From assembly GCA_040752415.1 (NCBI GenBank), contig JBFMGU010000239.1:1-16413 (forward strand): a DNA stretch of 16,413 nt. The letters are read 5' to 3'. This DNA is from Myxococcota bacterium (GTDB lineage Bacteria > Myxococcota > JACRCW01). Of this stretch, positions 1 to 6,013 are shown piece after piece. How positions within the stretch are numbered: position 1 is the stretch's first letter; each line of letters opens with the position of its first letter. The notes under the pieces were generated by a model that did no database searches, was not told the origin of the DNA, and worked only from the letters and a program-made list of their open reading frames with translations. The translations under genes were made by a program, and so were the position numbers.

Positions 1-238
1 CGGGCCCTCCCGGCCCCCCGTCCGCTGGAGCGCCTCCCGGTCCACCGCCGGGCCCACCGTCGCTGAAGTTGAGGAGGGGAAAGAGCTCTTCGGCAGCGGG
101 CGTCTGGCACACGCCGGCCCCGTCAGCCGCTTGGTCGTCAGTCGCTTGGTCGTCAGCCACTTGGTCATCAGCCACTTGGTCAGGGCACGCGGTGGCGCCA
201 ATGAGCGCGACTGCAACCACAGAGCACAGTCTCATCAT
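1..238 (-). CDS. Putative lipoprotein, 5' part only (runs off the window start); DQxxD repeats and a Gly/Pro-rich segment
   Basis: Not in the ORF track; translated by hand: MMRLCSVVAVALIGATAC-PDQVADDQVADDQATDDQAADGAGVCQTPAAEELFPLLNFSDGGPGGGPGGAPADGGPGGP. Hydrophobic signal with lipobox-like ATAC; GAGAGG RBS just upstream of the ATG at 238. Confidence 0.75.
   Translation of the reverse strand, partial: MMRLCSVVAVALIGATACPDQVADDQVADDQATDDQAADGAGVCQTPAAEELFPLLNFSDGGPGGGPGGAPADGGPGGP
122..181 (-). repeat. Four 15-bp in-frame tandem repeats (GACCAAGYGRCTGAY; DQ[VA][AT]D)
   Basis: Minus strand reads GACCAAGTGGCTGAT / GACCAAGTGGCTGAC / GACCAAGCGACTGAC / GACCAAGCGGCTGAC. Confidence 0.9.
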
Positions 239-287
239 GTGGGGGCCTCTCTCGTGATCTTGCTTGGCTCGGAGGATCGCAGCTGGT

Positions 288-318
288 CGTGTCTGCTGTA
301 TGTTCCTGATGTGTCCGA
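288..318. promoter_or_regulatory. Candidate response-regulator box upstream of the lipoprotein gene
   Basis: GTGTC (289), ATGTT (300) and GTGTCCG (311) at 11-bp spacing; same core as the boxes at 545-571 and 2764-2791. Confidence 0.45.
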
Positions 319-344
319 GTATTTCAGGCAGACGCGGGCGCGGA

Positions 345-420
345 CTAATACTACGTGGTCATCTGACGTCGTCACGGCAGTGGCCGGGAAGCACTCGCGC
401 CGCCGGTATCCAGGGCGTGA
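345..420 (+). mobile_element. Partial (one-ended) copy of the IS701-like MITE found at 5603-6000
   Basis: CTAA followed by TACTACGTGGTCATCTGACGTCGTCA (23/26 identical to the terminal repeat ending at 6000); 364-420 matches 5901-5957 at 49/57 nt. Confidence 0.75.
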
Positions 421-434
421 GCCGACGCGCAGCC

Positions 435-494
435 GTAGGGGCTGGGCATTTCCACGTCGTGGAAGTGGCCAAGGTGGAAGGAAATGCCTAGCCC
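435..494 (+). repeat. GTAG-led REP-like hairpin (possible terminator or processing site)
   Basis: GTAG then GGGCTGGGCATTTCC (439-453) pairing with GGAAATGCCTAGCCC (480-494): 14 Watson-Crick pairs plus 1 G-T, 26-nt loop. Confidence 0.6.
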
Positions 495-538
495 GGGGGC
501 AAGAAGTGAATCGACGCGTCCAAGAAGAATGCGCCTCC

Positions 539-1921
539 TCAAGATTGCCCGAACGTGTCCGAATGTGTCCGGAGGGAGAGGCGGAACGTGCTTCCTGCGT
601 TGGGTTCGCTCTCGACCGAGACGGCGCCCTGGTGAAGGGTCGCCACCAGCTTCACGAACGTCAGCCCGAGCCCCACGCCCCCGGTGGCTCGCGTTCGGCT
701 GCGATCAGCACGAAAGAATGGCTCAAAGACGTAGGGGAGGTCTGTCTGATCGATGCCCTGGCCACGATCCGAGACGACGACGTCACCACTCGTTTCGAGG
801 GCGAGGTGGATCTCCGAGCCGGGCGGCGAATACTTGCGCGCGTTGTCGAGCAGGTTCATGACAGCGCGGCGGACGAGCGTCCGATCCACACTGCGGACGA
901 CTGGCGTCGCCGTGATGGCGACTGTGAACGCGTGCCCGGGTGCGCGGGCGCGGAAGTCGTTTGCGAGCTCTTCGACGAGCTCGCGCAGGTCGAGATCGAC
1001 GCGCTGCATGGGCCACGGTTCGCGAGCACGAGGCGAGGCGAGGTCCAGACGGAACGTCTCGATGATGGTTTCGAGCAAGGACTCCAGCTCGCGAAGGTCA
1101 CGCGCCAGCTCACCCAGGTAGCGCGTCGCCTCGGCGGGGTTGTTCTCAGTGAGCTCGAGCGCCACGGCCATCCGCGCCATCGGAGTGCGCAGCTCATGCG
1201 AGACGTTGGCGACGAGCTCCCGCTCGCGCAGGCGAAGGTCGGCGATCTGCGTGGCCATGGTGTTGAAGGCCGCCGCCGTCCGGCTCACCTCGTCCGAGCC
1301 CGACGCGTCGGCGCGCTGGTTCAGATCACCTTTGCCGAACCGACGCGCCGCCTCGGCGAGCACCTCGAGCCGACGGGTCATCGCCGCCGTCACCGGAAAC
1401 GAGAGGAGAACCAACACGACGAGCGACACCAGGAGAGCGATCGCGAACGGTGTGACGGGCGCCTTGTATTCGGACGGGCGCACCAAGACCTCCGTGCCCG
1501 CGATCATGAACCGCTCCGGCATCGTCCGTCCCGGTCGCGACATCATGGGCAGATCCGGCCGCGTTCGTCGCGGTCCTTCGAGCGGAGGAAGTCTGTCGAA
1601 CGAACGCGGTGAGTCTGGCGGTGGTGGGAGGTTCGGGTGCGGCGGCAGGGTCGGCCAGCGTGGAATGGGGGGATCAACGTTGCTTGCAAGCAGCGAACCG
1701 TCTGGAGCGTACCATGAGACCTCGGTGCCTGCCTCGAGCGCCTCCGTGAGCATGCGCTGCCTGCCGGGCGCGTCCGCCGAAACGAGCTCGTGAAGGAATG
1801 ATGCGCTCATCGGGGACGGGCGCTGCGACGCCGTATGGCCTATCACCCAGAATGTAGCGATGGAGATGACCATCAGGATGACGAGCACCGACACACCGTA
1901 GGCAATGATCCGTCGTCTCAT
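539..1921 (-). CDS. Sensor histidine kinase (TM - Pro-rich extracytoplasmic loop - TM - HAMP - HisKA - HATPase_c)
   Basis: H-box NVSHELRTPM, N-box NLLDNARKYS, G1 VSDRGQGI, F-box FEPFFR, G2 GGVGLGL, HAMP DEVSRTAAAFNTMA, two hydrophobic segments; ATGA overlap with the upstream regulator. Confidence 0.96.
   Translation of the reverse strand: MRRRIIAYGVSVLVILMVISIATFWVIGHTASQRPSPMSASFLHELVSADAPGRQRMLTEALEAGTEVSWYAPDGSLLASNVDPPIPRWPTLPPHPNLPPPPDSPRSFDRLPPLEGPRRTRPDLPMMSRPGRTMPERFMIAGTEVLVRPSEYKAPVTPFAIALLVSLVVLVLLSFPVTAAMTRRLEVLAEAARRFGKGDLNQRADASGSDEVSRTAAAFNTMATQIADLRLRERELVANVSHELRTPMARMAVALELTENNPAEATRYLGELARDLRELESLLETIIETFRLDLASPRAREPWPMQRVDLDLRELVEELANDFRARAPGHAFTVAITATPVVRSVDRTLVRRAVMNLLDNARKYSPPGSEIHLALETSGDVVVSDRGQGIDQTDLPYVFEPFFRADRSRTRATGGVGLGLTFVKLVATLHQGAVSVESEPNAGSTFRLSLRTHSDTFGQS
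545..571. promoter_or_regulatory. Candidate response-regulator box inside the last codons of the kinase gene
   Basis: TTGCCC (545), GTGTCC (555), GTGTCC (565) with 10-bp period; 550-571 is 20/22 identical to 2770-2791. Confidence 0.5.
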
Positions 1922-2619
1922 GTGTCGTCATCGTCGGCCAACATGTAGCCGGCGCCTCTCACGGTGCGGAGGAGCGAAGGTCGACGCGGAGACTCGCCGA
2001 GCTTCTGACGCAAGCGCGAGATGCGCACATCGATGGAGCGGTCGAACGCGTCCTCCGCGGTTCCCTGTGTTAGCTCCAAGAGCTGCTCACGGCTCACCAC
2101 GTGGTTCCGCCGCTCAGCCAGGGCTCGCAAGATCTTGAACTCGTATGTGGTCAGCTCCAGCGCGCGACCAGCGAGCGAGCCCGTCATCGACTGGAGGTGC
2201 AGCACAAGGTCACCGACCTTGAGCGAGCTCGCACCAGGTCCAACCTGTCCGCGCGCACGACGCACCACCGCTCGGATCCGCGCTAGGAGCTCTCTCATCG
2301 AGAAGGGCTTGGTGACGTAGTCGTCCGCGCCCAACTCGAGCCCCATCACGCGATCAAGCTCGGCGGTGCGAGCGGTGATCATGAGGATCGGCAGCGTCTG
2401 GCGCTCGCGCACGCGCCGGCAGACCGCATACCCGTCGAGGATCGGCAGCATGATGTCGAGCACCATCGCGTCGAACGCGGTCTTGTCCACCTCGCGGAGC
2501 GCCGCCGCCCCATCAGAGACGACAACCACATCGAGCTCGTTCTGCTCGAGGAACTCCGACATCATGGCCGCCAAGCGGCCATCGTCCTCGACCAGAAGCA
2601 CCTTAATGCGCGATTCCAT
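1918..2619 (-). CDS. OmpR/PhoB-family DNA-binding response regulator
   Basis: Receiver motifs LLVEDD, VLDIMLP..DG, LMITAR, GADDYVTKPF; winged-helix DRSIDVRISRLRQKL...TVRGAGY. Start is ATG 2619 or GTG 2622; GGTGAGG RBS. Confidence 0.97.
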   Translation of the reverse strand: MESRIKVLLVEDDGRLAAMMSEFLEQNELDVVVVSDGAAALREVDKTAFDAMVLDIMLPILDGYAVCRRVRERQTLPILMITARTAELDRVMGLELGADDYVTKPFSMRELLARIRAVVRRARGQVGPGASSLKVGDLVLHLQSMTGSLAGRALELTTYEFKILRALAERRNHVVSREQLLELTQGTAEDAFDRSIDVRISRLRQKLGESPRRPSLLRTVRGAGYMLADDDDT

Positions 2620-2763
2620 CACCTAACCTCACCGACTCTACCACGGAAAACCAGTTCGACGTCGTTGTTCTGTCGCTCGCCGGACTTGGTCATGGGTCTG
2701 CTCGCATCTGCTCCTTGAACACCGTAGCTCTCTCGCATCCTCGAGCGCGCCTTTCCCAAGGAT

Positions 2764-2791
2764 ATGTCTCGTACGTGTCCGATTGTGTCCG
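2764..2791. promoter_or_regulatory. Candidate autoregulatory box upstream of the RR-HK operon
   Basis: ATGTCT (2764), GTGTCC (2775), GTGTCC (2785): direct repeats with 10-11 bp phasing, as is typical of OmpR-family sites. Confidence 0.55.
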
Positions 2792-2963
2792 CCCCTCTGG
2801 GCGCCGTCGCCTCGTACGAAGCGCTGGCTCAACCTGGTCCTGAAGGGTCGCTCAACGCGTTTCACGGCGCGCCTCGGCGGGGTCGCGGGTGGTGCACACC
2901 TTGACCATCGCTGCGGGGGTCCTGGTGGGTCCCACGCATAGGCTTGATCCCACCTGCGCGCTC

Positions 2964-3377
2964 ATGGCCCAAAGCCCTCTGCCGGGACCGAGCTCCATCC
3001 CGCTCGGAGCCCGTGAGCGACACCGAGAATACTACCTGGGGGGACGGCCCACAGGGGTCCGGGTGCGACACCGACCGGAGAAAGCCGTGCTGCACCGCGT
3101 GGTGCGGGGGCACCTGCCGGCGTTCCTGCGTGCCGACGAGGAAGCGGACAGCGGACTGCCGGCGTTCATCGCAAAGACCTTCCGGGCCTATCTGCGCTGC
3201 GGGATTGCCGAGCACTGATTCATCCGGCTGCACTACGATGGTTGTGGTCACGACGACGTCGTGGCGTCGCGCTGCGGGGAACGCATGCGACCGCTGGCGG
3301 TGATTGAAGAGCCGGAGGAGGTCGCGGGCTTTCTCGCGCACACCGGGCGACCACCGCGTACCCCGACTGCACGGGGG
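2964..3377 (+). pseudogene. IS91-family (rolling-circle) transposase remnant, internally deleted, with a nonsense codon
   Basis: One frame reads RHRPEKAVLHRVVRGHLPAFL..GLPAFIAKTFRAYLRCGIAEH*FIRLHYDGCGHDDVVA (N-terminal zinc-binding region; TGA at 3216 where Gly is usual), joined to SRCGERMRPLAVIEEPEEVAGFLAHTGRPPRTPTARG (typical C-terminal tail). The Y2 catalytic core is absent. Start position uncertain. Confidence 0.8.
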
Positions 3378-3584
3378 CGGCGTGACGCACACACCGCGCA
3401 GCACCAGCGGCCGAATCAACGCGACCGCGCGGCCGCCGCTTGCCCGCCATCCGGTGATGACAATGTTCCCCGCTCCGATGACGTCGCCAAGCTCGTGCAG
3501 ACCCGACGCACAAACACCGGCGAAGGGATTCCTACGCGACGCTGCTTGAAGCTCACCCCATGCGAGCCGCGCTGCACAATATCT

Positions 3585-4097
3585 CAGCGTGATCCCGTCT
3601 TTGGCACCATCCACGACGTCACGGAGATCTCCCGCGTCACCGGCATTCCCCTGCCGCACCTCCGCACCGACGTGCCGACCCAGACGGTTTCCACCGGCCT
3701 GCCCATGTGCGTGGTGCCGTTGACGTCGCTGGCGGCGCTGCAGGGGTTGCGGCTCAACTGGGCGAGCGCACGCGCGTACCTGGAGAAGACGGATGCGCGG
3801 TTCTTCTACTTCGTCACGCGGGAGACAGTGAACGTCGACGCGCACCTGCAGGCGCGGCAGATCTTCTACAACGGTGAAGACCCCGCCACCGGCTCGGCGG
3901 CCGGCTGCACCGCGGCGTGGATGGTGCGGCACAACGTGGCTCCCTCCGGGCAGCGCGTGATGATCGACCAGGGCCTGGAAATGCGTCGGCCGAGCCGCAT
4001 CCACGTGCGCGCCACGCTGAGCGGTGACGTCGTCACGGACGTTTACGTGGGTGGGTTTGTCGTGGAGGTGGCGCGCGGGAGCTACACGCTTCTCTGA
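3585..4097 (+). pseudogene. PhzF-family (phenazine biosynthesis/isomerase-like) gene, C-terminal part only
   Basis: QRDPVFG, VSTGLP..VVPL, EDPATGSAAG, QGLEMRRPSRIHV, VYVGG motifs. The N-terminal GNP/LSET/ELPFAGHPT motifs are missing; upstream in-frame sequence looks unrelated. Confidence 0.8.
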
Positions 4098-4633
4098 CGG
4101 CGCAGCCGGTAGAGCACGTGACGACGGAGGGGATGCCCCTCGGGAAGGCGGGGATGGTCGAAGTCATCCGCCGCGCGCCGGGTCATGCCCAGCTTCTCCA
4201 TCACGTGACGCGACTTCACGTTGCGCGGCACCGTCATGGACACGATCTCCTCCAACCCCAGCACCTGGAAGCCGAAGCGGACCGCGGCGCGTGCTGCCTC
4301 GGTGGCATAGCCGAGACCCTGGTGCGCCCGGGCGAGTCGCCAACCCACCTCCACGCACGGCGTGAAATGCGCTTCAAACGTGGGAACCAGCAGCCCCACG
4401 AACCCGACGAATGACGCACCGCCCACGACCTGCACCGCCCACAACCCAAAGCCGCGCTGCGCGAACACCGCGTTGATGCGGTCCACCATCGCGTCGCTCT
4501 CCGCGCGGGACAGCGTTGCAGGGAAGTGCTCCATCACCAATGGGTCCGCGTTCATCTCCGCGAAGGGCGCACGGTCGTCGTCACGCCAGGTGCGGAGGAT
4601 GAGTCGTTCCGTCTCGAGCCGGGGTGCGGCCAT
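4082..4633 (-). CDS. RimJ/RimL-family GNAT N-acetyltransferase
   Basis: LETERLILRTW, VEVGWRL...QGLGYATEAA, NVKSRHVMEKLGM, FDHP..PEGHPLRRHVLY; 16-bp tail-to-tail overlap with the PhzF fragment. Confidence 0.95.
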   Translation of the reverse strand: MAAPRLETERLILRTWRDDDRAPFAEMNADPLVMEHFPATLSRAESDAMVDRINAVFAQRGFGLWAVQVVGGASFVGFVGLLVPTFEAHFTPCVEVGWRLARAHQGLGYATEAARAAVRFGFQVLGLEEIVSMTVPRNVKSRHVMEKLGMTRRAADDFDHPRLPEGHPLRRHVLYRLRRQRSV

Positions 4634-4675
4634 GGTGGTGTCCGGAGGAAGTGGGCGCCGCTATGATGCCCTGCC

Positions 4676-5602
4676 ATGGGACTGCTGCGGAAGGCCGTGT
4701 GCGCGTTGTTCCTGCTCAGCTGCAACGGGCGTGCGGAGCTCGTCGAGCACTCCATGGACTGGCAGGGCGCCAAGCGCATCTACGAGGTCCATCTCCCCCA
4801 TGGAACCCGACCGGAATCACCCGCGCCGGTGGTGCTCATCTTCCACGGCGGCGGCCCGCTCGACGCCGACGGGGAACGGACCGGCAACTACACGTCGATG
4901 TCGAGCAAGGCGGACCGCGAGGGCTTCATTGCCGTCTACCCGCGCGCGCGGGAGGACAACTGGAATGACGGCCGCGACAGTCCGAATCTCCAGGAGCAGA
5001 AGGACAACGTCGACGACGTGGGATTCATCCGCGCGGTGCTGGACCAGCTGGAGCGGGACTACCCGGTGGACCGCAAGCGCATCTACGCCACCGGCCTCTC
5101 CAACGGCGGCATCTTCTCCTTCCGCCTCGCCTGCGAACTCTCCGACCGCATCACCGCCATTGCGCCGGTGATTGGCGCCGTGGCCGAACCGCTGGCACCA
5201 CGTTGCGCACCCACGCGTCCCGTACCGGTGTTGTCGCTGCATGGTACGCGGGACGGGTTCGTGCCCATTGGCGGCGGAACCGTGACCGCGCCGGGCACAC
5301 GACAAGACCGCGGCAAGGTGCTCTCCGCCGACGACAGCCGGAAGCTCTGGGCGCGCCTGAACGGCTGCACCGACGACACCACGCGCAGCACGCAGGACAA
5401 GGACCCCCGTGACGGAACCGCGCTGGAGCGGATTGAGCACGTGGGTTGCCCGGAGAGCGCACCGGTGAAGCAGCTCCTCCTGCACGGCGCGGGACACACC
5501 TGGCCGGGCGCGCGCTGGTACCCCTACCTTGGCGACGTCAGCTACGAGGTCCACGCCGAGGACGAGATCTGGTCATTCTTCAGGAACCACGCGCTGCCTT
5601 AG
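4676..5602 (+). CDS. LpqC/PHB-depolymerase-like alpha/beta-hydrolase esterase, lipoprotein
   Basis: Lipobox LLSC; VLIFHGGG, DDVGFI, nucleophile GLSNGG, HGTRD (Asp), GHTWPG (His). Confidence 0.9.
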   Translation: MGLLRKAVCALFLLSCNGRAELVEHSMDWQGAKRIYEVHLPHGTRPESPAPVVLIFHGGGPLDADGERTGNYTSMSSKADREGFIAVYPRAREDNWNDGRDSPNLQEQKDNVDDVGFIRAVLDQLERDYPVDRKRIYATGLSNGGIFSFRLACELSDRITAIAPVIGAVAEPLAPRCAPTRPVPVLSLHGTRDGFVPIGGGTVTAPGTRQDRGKVLSADDSRKLWARLNGCTDDTTRSTQDKDPRDGTALERIEHVGCPESAPVKQLLLHGAGHTWPGARWYPYLGDVSYEVHAEDEIWSFFRNHALP

Positions 5603-5620
5603 TACTACCTGATGACCTGA

Positions 5621-5900
5621 GGGGCTGCGCCAAGATCAATTGCCCATCTGGTCCTGACCGCGCCCAGCGGGCCACGACCTGGAGTGCGGCGGGCCCTCGC
5701 CGCCCTGGTCAGCGTCGAGCGGTTTGGACAACCGTCAAGGGTCCAGGCGCCTCGCCCGACGTCATTGAGCCCCAGGCCTGTTCGGCCCGTTGTGAACGCG
5801 ATCGGCGCTGGCCAGGGCGGCGAGGGCCCGCCGCACTCCAGGTCGTGGTCCGCTCACGACGTCTGCAACTCCACTGGGCATCTGGTTCTGACGCAACCCC
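5621..5900. mobile_element. Nested 280-bp MITE with IS5-like ends
   Basis: Left end GGGGCTGCGCCAAGATCAATTGCCCA versus reverse complement of right end GGGGTTGCGTCAGAACCAGATGCCCA (19/26); flanked by TGA direct repeats (5618-5620, 5901-5903). Confidence 0.7.
5666..5854 (+). repeat. 53-bp inverted repeat with an 83-nt loop
   Basis: Arms 5666-5718 and 5802-5854; 50 Watson-Crick pairs and 3 G-T pairs on the + strand. Confidence 0.95.
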
Positions 5901-6013
5901 TGACGTCGTCATGGCAAGGGCCGGGGAGGACTCGTGCTGCCAGTATCCAGGGCGTGACTGCTCCGGGGACACGGTGACGACGTCAGGTAACCAGGTAGTA
6001 TTAGGACCCGTCG

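Larger units (their letters stand above)
5603..6000. mobile_element. Outer MITE with IS701-like ends (115-bp core) inserted at the esterase stop codon
   Basis: Ends TACTACCTG...CAGGTAGTA, flanked by TTAG direct repeats (5599-5602, 6001-6004). Removing the nested insert restores a 24/26-bp terminal inverted repeat. Confidence 0.8.

Noticed and set aside
131..1612. 493-aa plus-strand ORF
   Set aside because: Antisense shadow of the histidine kinase; Arg-rich, no recognisable motifs.
2862..4004. 380-aa minus-strand ORF
   Set aside because: Antisense to the IS91 remnant and PhzF fragment, which carry recognisable motifs on the plus strand.
5666..5854. Integron attC site
   Set aside because: No RYYYAAC/GTTRRRY ends, no extrahelical-base pattern and no integrase in the window.
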